Origin: Toensbergia leucococca
Taxonomy: Eukaryota
Length of the DNA stretch: 38,643 bases
Assembly: GCA_022813965.1 (NCBI GenBank)
Contig: JALDZS010000032.1
Location: 124,001 to 162,643, forward strand
Direction of reading: 5' to 3'
Below the pieces are notes generated by a model that worked only from the letters and a program-made list of their open reading frames with translations, was not told the origin of the DNA and made no database searches. Position 1 is the first letter of the stretch; every line of letters starts with the position of its first letter. This document shows positions 22,120 through 34,162 of the stretch, piece by piece. A program made the position numbers and the translations under genes.

Positions 22120-25100
22120 CTATCGTACAAGATTGCTCAATTGATGAATCGCCGTCTTGGTCCTTTCCCGAACGTCGAGATCATTGTCGTTCTCTAGTAC
22201 CTCGAGCTTCGCGTAGATACCTAATTTGACTAACTCGTGGGCACGAGACCTGCAATTCATCTGGTCCGATTGATCGTCAACCCATGTGAGGTTGATGACT
22301 AGCCACGCACAACACACTCGGATCTCGGTGTGCGCATGTCCAAATAATGGGACAAGGAGCTTCAACAACTCGGATTGAGATATCAGCAATTGCCGATGTC
22401 GAGGAAGGCCGGCGGCAATATGGACAATGATATAGATAACAGCTATGATGATCTCCGTAGGTGGTGGCACCTGCCTGATCCCATTCTCCGGTGACCGCTT
22501 TTCCCGGATGAAACTATGTGTTGCTTTGGGCTGAAGCTTGATGGCCAGCATGTCAAAAACCTTGTCCTGTCCGAGTTCTCGAAACAAGTAGTCGATCATT
22601 TCGGGAGCACCGGTTCCACATATCAAATTGCGGATGAGGTTCAACCCCTGCTCTTGCACCGCTAGATCGTCGGTACGCATTCGGTTCGTGAGACTAAACT
22701 CGCTTTCTTTCGTCGTGCCTTGGCTGCTTGGACGTCGAAAGAGCACAGGCTGTCTGTGGTTGGATTCGGGTCTGCTCAACGCTCCAATACTGTCGACCAT
22801 CCTGACTTCATCCTCCTCGTCATCTTCAACGACCTGACTGGACTCTCTGGAGCGCTCTTCCACAGCATTAAGTAGGTCTACTTGCTCTCCTGCCGCGTTC
22901 GGAGTCCCCATTGTAATTGGAGTCCCCATCCCCATATCTCGGTCACCCCTATATCCTGGAAATAGTGACAAATCTTCCGTGTCATTACAAATGATTTGCT
23001 TCAACCAACCAGGACCTAGCTCCTCGAGGCATGTCATCTTGAGAGAATTTGGGGCTGTGTGCACTAGGTGCTTCAGAGCCCATACAGACTCTAAACGCAA
23101 GCTTGCATTCATTGAATGCGCATGCTCGCAAAGGATCTTGGATATCCCAGCTTCAATGAAATCCTATCGCAGATGATCAGCATACTAGGGGACGACCTGC
23201 GAGGCAACGAGATAACGAGGGGCGTACTTCACGCATGGGGCTAAACTCCGTGATCAGATTGCATACCACCTTGGTTGATGCGACTTGAATTTCTAGATCG
23301 GGATGCTTGATCAAAACAAACAGCGGCGCCGCAAGGCTTGCGTCTATAAGGCTTGTCCTCAGCGTGCTAACAGACCTAGAAAGCCCTCTAGCAGCCCCAC
23401 AGGCGGCTAGAACGACACTGGTCGGGTTTCCGGTAAGGCCAGTGTTCTGCTTTGGGGATTCGTCGTTGTACGGTTTTCGAGCGGCGACTGAGGGCGAAGT
23501 CATGCTGTACGGCTTCAAGGACTCAATTACGAACGGGACCACTCCACTATCTATAACAGCTTTTCGATACTCGTCCTTGAGACCCGCTACCGATGCCAAA
23601 GCTATCAGCACAGCTTCCCTCATCTTAGTGACGTGATTAGCTGACGGCGAAAGTCCAGAGAGTCCAAGCCTCGACGCGCTGCCGGGTTCTCGAGTGTCCA
23701 TTGAGTCTGAACTTAGTGGCTGCGGCGTCCACAGCGACATCGAGGAGCTTCTTGGTAACGGATCAAATGACTCCTTCAATAGCTGAGAAAGCTTTTTCAC
23801 TACCCCAGCGTCAACTGCAGCTCGCTGCAACTCGATGCTGTCAATTATCAACATTGCGAGAATTCCGGGCACTTTCTCTTTGATGATTAAAGGAGTCGAA
23901 CTTAGTACAAAACTCGCATCGTAAGCTCTCGAACTTTCTTCGAGGATCTTCTCGTCTTTATCAAGCATGCGGACAAGCAAGGGAACTAGTAGCAGGGCAA
24001 AGCCCGTTTCTCTCCGTCTATCGGCAAAACCTGATCGATACAAAATCGTAAGTACCCACGCAGCCATTAATCTTGTGCTTCCCACTTCTGCTCGTACAAC
24101 GTAAATTAGCCAAGCGATCAGGGGACTCTCTTCGTTCTCATTCAAGCTGGAGCCTTGGTTTGAGTTCCCTTCGAGAGGTAAGCCGAAAGACTTCATACTT
24201 TGCGCCGTGTGTGCTTTGGGCACTATAGAGCCTAAGGGTGGAAAGTGAGCGGTCTGAGTCACAGGGCTGCTATGATAAGGGGTCAAGGGTACTACAGGAA
24301 GTAAATTTTCAATAGGGTTTGACGAAGTTTGGCGAGTAACAAAAGCACTAGGACGCTCAGAGCCCCATGTAGGCTTCCTATCATGATTTGAAGATACATC
24401 TCTTTCATCTTTGGGGAAGACTTTTGTGAAAGCGGGTGCATCCAGGAATTGAATTGTCCTGGTTTTTGAGTTCTGTATGATGACACCCACTGCTTCCAGG
24501 ATCGGGGCGAGTCTAGATCTGGCAGTTGCAGGGGGTATGTTTTCGATATGTCCCGGATTAGGCACGATTCCATCTTTTAGAATCAGAGAGCACCCGGTTG
24601 TTATGACGAATGAGGCAAGCTTAGTTGCCAAAGCCTCAAGTACACCTACCCGAGCGAGCAATATGCGATGATGATCTTCGCGGCACGTTTTTATGAGCAA
24701 CGTTGCTGCCAATGAGATTTGCTGTTGCACAATAAGAGAGAGTGATGTCTGTTCCAGTATCTGTGCGACGCTATTAAGGTGTTGCTCCGTATACAGTAAG
24801 CCTGGGAGACCATCGTCACTCAAATCCGTAGTGGGATGCTCCAAGGACAGCGAGTCTGCTACGGCATTGAGGGTTCTCAAAGCTGCAAGTGTGGTCTGTG
24901 GAGGATAGTCGGTCGGGGAGAGGAACGACAGCAAGGGAGCAACGACGAGACTCGCATTCAGTGGAGCTACATAGGCAGGACCACCTATGATTGAATGTAA
25001 TAATATTAGGTAGCTGACCAAAGAGATTGGATGGAGACGGCGCTATTTAGGTTTTTTGTGTAATGAAGGGTAGATACTCATACTGACCATGTGCTAAGCT

Positions 25101-25394
25101 GCCAACAATGATAATAGCCTGCAGGCGAGCTTCTTCCTCGTCGGTTCTCGTTCTTCGTCTTGATTGGGTTGCACCGCCATTGGTAAGGTCCCGATGCTTT
25201 CTTTTGCCACTGATCCTGTACGAGTTTAAGATTCGTGTTATAGGCGCCAAGACTCCCAAGCCAATCCATTGCTCTTTCTTTAATTCGTGGCCAATGATTT
25301 CATTCTTCAGCGCTCGTAAGGCGGCAACTTGAGTTGCAGGAGATGAGGAATTTCGCAGCTCGGACAGAATCGGAGGGGTAGCAGGGCGTGTCAT
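22120..25394 (-). CDS. Armadillo-repeat protein, ARMC8/Vid28(Gid5)-like subunit of the GID/CTLH E3 complex
   Basis: Exons 25394-25088, 24984-23228 and 23163-22120. N-terminal ALRALKNEIIGHELKK and motifs RGLSRSVSTLRTSL, VCNLITEFSPMRE, LRLESVWALKH, VQEQGLNLIRN and DLDVRER are characteristic of ARMC8. Confidence 0.85.
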
Positions 25395-26541
25395 GGCCAC
25401 GAGTAGGCGGTGCGGCTATGGCGATCTTTCCAGCAGAGTGAAGAATGTCAGATTATGGGGCAGAATGGTCTTCTTGTGGTATGCAGCCAGAACGTGGAAA
25501 TGATTAGGTAGTAGCGAAGGCCGTTGTTCTGAGGAGCGCCAGTGATGGCCAGTTGTTGCTCGGTCGTTGTGTTTGCGGCAGTTGTGCGGACCTTTCCTTT
25601 TTCCCGTAGTAACAATATTGATTTAGTTTCCGATCCTGGCTGCGGCTTCAAAGAAAAGACTATGACATCTGCTATTCTACGGAGTACCAGTGTTGATCCC
25701 CGCTACCGCTAGGGGAGGTACACAGCTTACATAAGTCAGTAAGCAGTCAATTGGAGAATACTGACGACCTGCCATCACATCATTCTGGCACTCGTTCCAC
25801 GTAACAGACTTGTTCAGATCCTGTCAACGGTCCTGGCCTACTGTACTCTGCGGATATGATGATGCAGGACCCTTCGACTCTTTTGAATCCGAAACACGTA
25901 TTGGAGATGATTTTGACTTCTGCTCCAGGGAAAAGGTTGCAGACGGAGATGGCGGGAATCGGCACTCTGTCGCATCTGTCGCAATATGCCCATTGACATT
26001 GCGGGGACGGAAGTCTGGGGTAAGGTCAAAGCAATGTGTTACAGCAAATTGGTGACGAAGATGACGGATCCAGTGTTCATGTGTATATAAGATGCCTACG
26101 AGCAGACTTGTTCGGTCGAGGCAGACTTGGACTACTTGAAGTTCTTTTGGACACGCTTTTCGATTTCATTTCTCGACCTGAGCCATCTTACTTCTTGGGT
26201 TCATTCAAGCATTCAATGCATGGTGCATTGAATCGAAAGTGTCTCAGTAGGGTAGTTGAATCATGCCCATATTATCTCAGTCGTGCAATAAATTGCCCCA
26301 CCATCAGCAGCGCCGAAGGGGGGTTGTGCCCTACGACCACGATACCATGAGTCTTATCACCATCACCATCAACCCAACCGCCATATCCTCGTTGCGCCAG
26401 TCACGATATTCTGACTTTGTGCCTTGTACATACGACGAAAGGACTATCTTCACACGCCTGTACAAGTATGCCTGCACTTTCTTGGTCGCTTCAAACAGCA
26501 CTCTCCGCTCTCAAAGAAGCCGCTTTGCCAGTGATGTCGAG

Positions 26542-27672
26542 ATGATAAGCTCTTCCCCCTCACCAACCCTCCACGCTGCTGCACCTTCCCCGCGAGCGCC
26601 TTTCCACACTCGCTCTAATAACAATGCCTCCCGCCGGCTTGCCACTTGCAACTCGCCGCCTACACATATCAGACAACCTCCTCCAGCGGCTTTCCCTCGG
26701 CACCCCTCCCGATCGCCAACGATAAAACCCTACAAACGATCCCTGTCGGCATCACCCAAATCCTCGTCTTCCTCACTCAACCGAAGTATAGATGTGGGTA
26801 CGCAGTACTCCCCTCCAGTGTTGCCCACTCTGTCGGCCCCAGAGCGAATCAAGGCGCGGGCCAGGCGGAGGGACATATCCAATTCACCCGAAATACCGCC
26901 AGAGCCAGATCTAGGTCCGCAAATGCCTTTCAAGCGCCCTGAAGCCTCCTCGTCTTCTCAACCCGCCACTGCATCCTCGACCACTCTGGCGAATTCATCT
27001 TCGGCAGGCTCCTCTTCCAGCCAAGGATCTTCACCAAAGCGTGCACGTTTACCAAAGCCTGCGATAAAGTACATGCCTGTGCAATATGAGACTTGCGATG
27101 TCAAAGATCTCGTCTCACTTATAAGCAACATGCTTATGGAACTTGTGCGGTTCAACGATGACATTCCGCTAAAAGACGGCCGCTTGACCAGATTCCACTC
27201 CAGAGCTCCACCTGGTATTAGCGTCATGGACTACTTGCAGCGTCTGGCCACTCATGCTACGCTTTCACCACCGATACTATTGAGTATGGTTTATTATATT
27301 GACCGTCTTTGCGCTTTATACCCCGCTTTCACGATCTCATCTCTCACTGTCCATCGTTTTCTGATAACCAGTGCCACGGTAGCAAGTAAAGGGCTGAGCG
27401 ACTCTTTTTGGACTAATAATACATACGCCAGAGTTGGGGGTGTGAGTCTCAAGGAACTGGCCCTCTTGGAGTTAGAGTTCCTGTGGAGGGTCGAGTGGAG
27501 GATAGTGCCCAAGCCAGAGGTTCTGGTAGATTACTACCGAAGTTTGGTAGAAAGAAGTGATGGCTTTGAGATTGAAGAGGAGAAAATCAGTGAAAAACAA
27601 AACGAAATCAGGGAGAAGGCTGTTCGTGGGAAAGAGGAGACTGGGAGCGATCAGGACAAGGCCCAATGTTAA
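26542..27672 (+). CDS. PHO80: Pho80/PREG-like cyclin (negative regulator of the phosphate regulon)
   Basis: Single ORF with an S/P-rich N-terminus, then the cyclin box LTRFHSRAPPGISVMDYLQRL...YYIDRLC..FTISSLTVHRFLITSATVASKGLSDSFWTNNTYARVGGV..EL..LELEFL. I placed the start at MISSSPSP (26542); in-frame ATGs also exist at 26263 and 26347. Confidence 0.9.
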   Translation: MISSSPSPTLHAAAPSPRAPFHTRSNNNASRRLATCNSPPTHIRQPPPAAFPRHPSRSPTIKPYKRSLSASPKSSSSSLNRSIDVGTQYSPPVLPTLSAPERIKARARRRDISNSPEIPPEPDLGPQMPFKRPEASSSSQPATASSTTLANSSSAGSSSSQGSSPKRARLPKPAIKYMPVQYETCDVKDLVSLISNMLMELVRFNDDIPLKDGRLTRFHSRAPPGISVMDYLQRLATHATLSPPILLSMVYYIDRLCALYPAFTISSLTVHRFLITSATVASKGLSDSFWTNNTYARVGGVSLKELALLELEFLWRVEWRIVPKPEVLVDYYRSLVERSDGFEIEEEKISEKQNEIREKAVRGKEETGSDQDKAQC

Positions 27673-28359
27673 CATGAAGGAATTTCGGATCCAGACAAAG
27701 AATTCGAGGACTTGAAATCTGTAAGGACTGAGTCTTTCGTTCCGATCAGTGAATAATAAAAGCCATCAAGCGGGAAGAATGTGGAATGGCTAGCAAAGAA
27801 AGCTCGCGCCGTGCAACACAAGTAATCAGGGGACCACATTTCATATTTAGCGGTGCATATGCAAATGCTTACGAGCAGAATGCGAGCCTTGCATCACGTG
27901 GGAATGGAGTATTGTGTGTGCATATCAGCATTAGGATTCAATTAAAAAATGGGCTCAGCCTGTAATGAGCTCAGGAACCCTTATTTTCGCCTGAAATTAC
28001 TTAACATTGTGGCATTGAATACCACTGTAGGATCCAATACTTTCTTCTCCTTACACATAGTGATATCCAGGAGACATCTAGAGGTGTCCGCTACATTTCA
28101 ACGACTCTGTATCTTCGACTGCGTGGTCCTGACAAAAAATCTGCGAGACACCTGAAGAAACTGTCCGGCGAAAATAAAGATGGCCTCTTACCATTCAATC
28201 AATCGAACATTCACTCCTGGAAATCAAGTCCAAATTTCCGGACCGCGGGGCCAAGCTTTTTACTCCAATTCAGATGTCTCCAGCTATCAATTTACAAACC
28301 CCGAGAAAAGAGTTAATCGAGCCTCAGTTGTGCCATAACGAGATTCAACCTTATCGCTG

Positions 28360-30688
28360 TCAGAAGGAAACTGGAAACGATCGTCGATCCACAGGTTCCA
28401 AATCATCATCACTATGTCCATCTATCAGAATTACAACAGTCAAACAAGCAGCATAAGCCTGTCTAATGCTGCAAGACATGCATGTCTTGCTAAGATCAGC
28501 CAACGTTGCCGAGAGTCCAAGATGAGCGCACCATGCCCGAGCTAAAACTTCGTTATCGGGTACTCCAAAGGCTTGAACAACGAGAACACGATCTTCCTCA
28601 GCTCTATCGGCATGCGACGTGAATTTCGAGCTTCCAGATGAGTCATTCTTCAATTTTCCCCATGATTGGCTTCCATGTACGGTGACGGTACCCCAAGAAA
28701 GTCGATCGAGCAGCATATCGACTCTTATGGGTTTGTATGTATATTCATAATAAAGAACGTGGGGCCCATGTTGGCACGGAGCCGCCTCCACGAAGGAGAC
28801 ATTGTAGCGGAGACGGATGGGCCAAGACTCGCCGTCAACTGCAAATTGGACTGCCGCGTTATAGGTAAGTGGGGTATCAGAGCCACCAGATTCTGCTGAT
28901 AGCCTTGGTAAGAAACAGAGCTTCTCAATCCGAATGAATCCACGACATCATTGAGATTGGGCAGGACGAGCTCATAGTCTTCGACCGGATAGAAGTCGAC
29001 AGCAGGACCCATGGGATGGCTCCGCGACATCATGCTCTTCAATTTTCGCTTACTCGTACGCTGCTCCGCCCATTTCTGGTAGACGCATACGCATTGAATT
29101 CTCTTAAGATCTGGCGTGTAAGGGCACGGTCCTATCCAGCCAGCAATTTGATTTACACCTCTAACAGCACCCATGACTTTCCCCACAATACAATTCCAGA
29201 ACCAATAGGTATTAGCACGGTACTGAAACCCGGAATTTTGGTTAAGAGGGCAAAGGCAATCCAATTGCTCTTCCGTGTCTCGATCACAATCGATTAGGGC
29301 CTTCATGATCAGCCAAGAGGATGACAAGCCCGGAAGGATCACCCCGGAGAACCAAGACATAGAAAGAGGGTTCCTATATTCGAGAGGTCTTCTACTGCTG
29401 TCTTCCTCTGCCAGCACGTGTTCGACTTCTGGCATATTCGGCCACTTCATTGTCCATGCAAAGTTCTTCAGAATCTCAACCTGGCGTTTCTTGTTACGGA
29501 GAATGAATCGGTAAGAGCGTTGCTTTTTGGCCATTTCCATTTTTCCAAGGGTAATATTTTCAAGCCAACGCTGAGCTAACGCCACACTCCAGGCAACTTT
29601 TGGTGGCAGGCCTAAAAGGATCCTACGTCTTTCTCCCCTCGCATATGGTGGAGATTGAATACGATGTTGAAGCTCTATGCTCAAGATTAGTTGATGAAGA
29701 AATCTGGTGACAACTTTGACGTCTCCGGTCCAGTAATGCTCTGCCACTATCTGAACCTCTGCCTTTCCAAAGTCAATCCAGTGACCTGCATCAAGAACGC
29801 CGGTGAGGATTTCAACCTCCATGCCCAAGTCTTGAGGATGATCGGCATTCAGATAGGAATCATAAACGAGTTGGGTGTAGAAAAATTCATGTCTGGTTTC
29901 GGGCTAGAATAAGATACTTTCAGTAATTGCACCAGGCAGTGGAGAGGAGATACTGACGTTAGGATCTAGTCCATATTGTGCAAAGCTTAAGCGCTCTAGT
30001 ATTGAAGGTAATGCCATGTCTCTCGTGTCTGTCGGAAGATACGTATGGAGTTTAATTAATGGCGAGCCGAGTGTGCTGACCCAATTATTCAAGGTAATTG
30101 TACCAGGCACTACACCAAAGAATAGTACAAAGCTCGGTTGCTCCAGGGTCTCCCATGGCATAGGACCGTCCATTGTTCCATCCAGTGCAAGAGACATGGT
30201 CTCTAAGGGTGCATAGAAAGATTACCAGCTACCTTCCGCGTCTTCTGCGGCAGCAAATGCATAGAATTGAGCATAGCGGTATGACTTGTAGTGAGTCTGG
30301 TGAAGAAATCCTTCGAATTTTGGAGCCCCTTTACAGATCAAGACCTCCGCATCATGTGGCGCAAGCTTTGCTCCTTTACTCATACCAGCAGGTGGCCAGG
30401 CTAGAGGTGCTCGTGCAGCAGTGCTCTCACCCTTGTGAGACTGGTGTTTGAACCCTGATAGCCTGGAAGCATTATTCTCCGAAACAAGTTGGCGATCGTG
30501 CAAGTGATCGTGCATCAATTGGTCGCACTGTGAAGAAACAGGCTCAAAAGGGCTGAGTCGACGTCGTCGACGATCGCAAGCCTTGCATAAATGTGACGCA
30601 GTCTCAATATTCTGTTGGCAGAATAGGTTAGCAATGCCACAGAATCCGTTGAAAGCCTTCATACCTGTGGCTTCAATTTGCTCGCCAT
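28360..30688 (-). CDS. Uncharacterised fungal protein, interrupted by a single-base frameshift (possible pseudogene or assembly error)
   Basis: Likely exons are 30688-30665, 30611-about 30233 (uncertain), 30202-29958 and 29903-28360, with a frame change at about 28936. Protein-like segments include MPWETLEQPSF..PGTITLNNWV, SWFSGVILPG, GFQYRANTYW..CIVGKV, WIGPC, GPHVLYYEY and VLARAWCAH..CMSCSIRQAYA. The 5' structure is uncertain. Confidence 0.7.
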
Positions 30689-31314
30689 GGATTACGCTCA
30701 CCAAAATGTTGTAGAGGAAAGGAACAGGATGAGACTGTATATGTCAAACAAGTCGATTGATAGCTGGGTGTAGGAAGAAAGAGCACAGAAAAGGTCGACG
30801 ATCAACAAATAACAGGATCCTTAATGTGAAACTAACATTAGCCTGTTTGGATTGTCAATAAACGTGCTAGCCCTTGTGTAGGTAGAACAGTTCATCTTGT
30901 GACACAGAAAGACTGGAGGTGACTACCATAACAAACACCAAAGGATGACCAAGGTAATTCAGGGGCAGGATAACGGCCAGTGATAGATTGCAATCAAATG
31001 ATGAGTTGACCTTTTTCATCTTTTTCATTCAATTGCAGAAATGCTGATGAGCACGGCAGGTGTTAGCTTGAACCGATTCATGGATGCTCATGGAACAAGA
31101 CAAGTGAAAGAGGTTGAATGTTAGCTATGTACAAGGAGCGATAAGTCAGCCTGAGATCTTTTGTGCCTTTGTCTCTCTTGATCCACAAGTGCGATATAAT
31201 ATCATGGGATTTTTATTGCACCCGCATCTTGTCACAGGTCCTCTTACGCATGCAAAGGATCTAGAGCTCGCCAATTTCCAGGGGAAGTCATTAGAAATCC
31301 TCCCTTGTTGCGAT

Positions 31315-33829
31315 CTATTCAGGCACATACCCGGCGTCCAGTACTTGCCCCATCATCATGTCTGTGTGGTTGAACGCGCTGCTATCATGCACCTGAGTGA
31401 TTGCTGTGTGATACTAAAGATCATCAGTTGCGTTTCTTGCTGTATCTTACGCCACCTACACACCTTGAAGCCAAAGTTCAGACACAAGGCCACAACGAGA
31501 CCTATGCAGACGACAATTGGACCGACAATGTTATCAAAATCCTTGCCGCTTCTCTCTTCTATCATGCGACTCCGGACAATGAACATCCACCATCCCCAGA
31601 CTCCAGCGAAAACAGCAATCAATGTGTAGACCACCGCTAGCCCCCGAGCTATGTTATTGTATTCATCGGCGGCATTGTATAGGCCAAGGGACAATGACGC
31701 TAGGAGTATTGCGATATGCTGCCATTTGATGAAGGTCCTCTGGTTTGCCAGCCATACCTTAGGCTCCACTTGCACAGGACCAGAATCTTTGATAAGCTGG
31801 CCTGGCTTTTTTACTCCTAAAGGTAGCGGAATTGATTTCCGTCGGCGCGCACGAGCGAATTTCGAGGTTGACAATGATGGAATCAACGTGTGTAAGCCTG
31901 ATAGCACTGTTGGACTCCCGTGTCCCACGTCCTTGTCAGAGTCGTCTTCTTCTACAACATAATCTCCATCAAGCCTAGTTCTTGCTTCCAGGTACCTCTC
32001 TCTGCCGGCACTGTGACGGTCCGCCGGCGATCCGCCAAATGGCGATCCTACGGCCGCTTTGAAGGAATGGCCCTGCTTGGATCCAAGAAAGCTACCGACG
32101 GCAACCTCGTCCTCTGCTTGTTTAGCTTTCTTTTCCTGTTCCTCTTGGAATGCAGCTTCGGGATCCTTTCTGATATCTAGCTCCAAATCACTCAGCCAAA
32201 AAGGAAAACTGTTGACCTGGTCTTCGAATAGCTGAGCCACGCCGTGTACGAACTTTGAAAATCTCGGCGTCTCCTTGATAAGGTGAGAGGAAATCAAGTC
32301 CGCCACCCATTCGTTTGTGCTCTTTGATGTACCATCTTTCACTTTAATCTCTAGTAATGCGTAGGGAAATATAGAGACTTCCCCCTTCCTGACGTCTGGG
32401 AATGGAAAGACCATCTCAAGGTTGTCAATATCGGTTCGATGCCATTCCTCTGGATCTCTACAAGGTCGATCAGTATCGAGCGCGTCTTCACGTATCAAGG
32501 CCAAGTCTGTATCAAGCGATATTCTGACTCTATTATCGCCAGGAATTTGAAAAGCAGTGCGTGTGTAATTGGCCCTCAGCACTGGTTGGAGCTCGTTTTG
32601 TTGGATGAAACTTTGAATGTCTTCGACGTCTCTCTCCAGTTGCTCTACGCCTTCGGCGTCAGTGCCTGCACGATCTCGCAATTTCTGCACACTCTTCTCT
32701 AATTTGTACGTTCCCTGGATAAAAGCCTGCACGTACTTCTCTTTGATAGGAAACCGGATTTCTTCACTATCATCACTTTCCCGAATAGTCTTCTTCTCAA
32801 ATAGGATTTCGGGTTTGCTGCTGAGGTGATCAGACCATCTAAGACGCAGGGATTTGGCGTCAGCAGCTCTGCCAACCTTCTGAGTATAAAGAGAGAAACG
32901 AGGGTTATCAAAGTATAATGACGAAATGGTAGGATCTTTTTGCCCAGCTTCAACAATTTTGGACGTTTGAGGATTGTAAACTAGGACCGGAAGACGGCGA
33001 AGTATGTACGTCTTGACTTCAAGGACATTCTCAGGATGTACCCAGACTATATCAAAGTCAGATTGAAGAACCATGATTTCTATTGAAGCTTGGCAGATCT
33101 TGCCTACACTTGTGTGATTTATACTTATCTCCCCCGCTTCTTACATCCGAGAGGGACTGTGTTTTGTTGGGATCATCATCCATGTTTTGCCGAATGAATG
33201 AATACATTGCAGACAATCTATTACTATAGGTCAGTTTGTGAAGAAGTGATGGAATCGGAGCAGATCTGTATCCCTAACCGGTAGAGGAGAGGCGAGTAAT
33301 CTTCTGAATTGAAAGGCAATGCTGCTAATCGCACCTGCAGCAACGGTCGAACCCTGTATCCTGTACCTCGTCTACGGTCATGCTTTTTGGCGGCCTTAAG
33401 GAACCCAGTAAAGTTGATCCGGCTATATTTCTCGAGCTCATTTATTTCATGGGTGATAGCATCCAATTCCGTTGAGGCTGCTCTCAGGATATTTTCTCTG
33501 CCAAGCTGGTCATCTGTTGCTTCCTCTTCTCCATTTTTGAACTCATCTGGACTGTGACTAGCCAACTCCTCCAATTTGGATTCGCACTCCGAGGTCCGCT
33601 CTCGAAGATATTTGTAGGTATTAGCTTGAAATGCGTGGACCTTTTCTAGTTGCACATTCACCAGCTCTTCGACAAAAGCGCCTTCATCCTTTTCAGTCCA
33701 GGCAGACTCATTATCGTCCGTCTCTTGTGGATCATGTTCTCGCAGCAAGTTCTTCAATTTTGTGTAATCAATGTAATTCCCCTCCCATGGCTTGTATGTC
33801 GAGTTCCGTAGTGTTTTGGCAAAACGCAT
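31315..33829 (-). CDS. VTC2: Vacuolar transporter chaperone subunit (SPX + VTC + transmembrane domain), Vtc2/Vtc3-like, polyphosphate synthesis complex
   Basis: Exons 33829-33279, 33217-33108, 33046-31464 and 31413-31315. SPX motifs MRFAKTL..YIDY.KLK..NFTGFLKAAKKHD. VTC motifs KFWVHPENVLEVKTYILRRLPVLVY, ISSLYFDN, LRLRW, YTRTAFQIPGD.RVRISLD and FSKFVHG. C-terminal VEPKVWLANQRTFIKW is followed by three hydrophobic segments. Vtc2/3 versus Vtc4 was judged from motif recollection. Confidence 0.88.
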
Positions 33830-34162
33830 GTTGAACCAGTACTAGAGTCAGAGTGCCATTGATGCCGACAATTCAAGAGCAGGCAGTCAGATGTATGACC
33901 GCAAGTGATACCTTGAGCTACTTCGGAGCTTCTGATAATCTGTGGGGTTCCCGTTGCAAGGCGATGATTTCGGCCCAACTTTCCGCCAGGTTGGCTAGTT
34001 CTATTCGTACAGATCCGTACGGAGAGCTACAAATCAGTGAAATACCTTACCTAGAATACCAGTAGAACTATAATAGTGCATAGGTAATCTAAATTGTAGA
34101 CGTCCAGAGTACAGTACTTGACATGTGATTCCATCATCCTATGTGTCGATCAGAATTGTTCG

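Noticed and set aside
27895..27902. CACGTGGG (Pho4/NUC-1-like site) near PHO80
   Set aside because: It lies between two convergent 3' ends rather than in a promoter, and a single occurrence is expected by chance.
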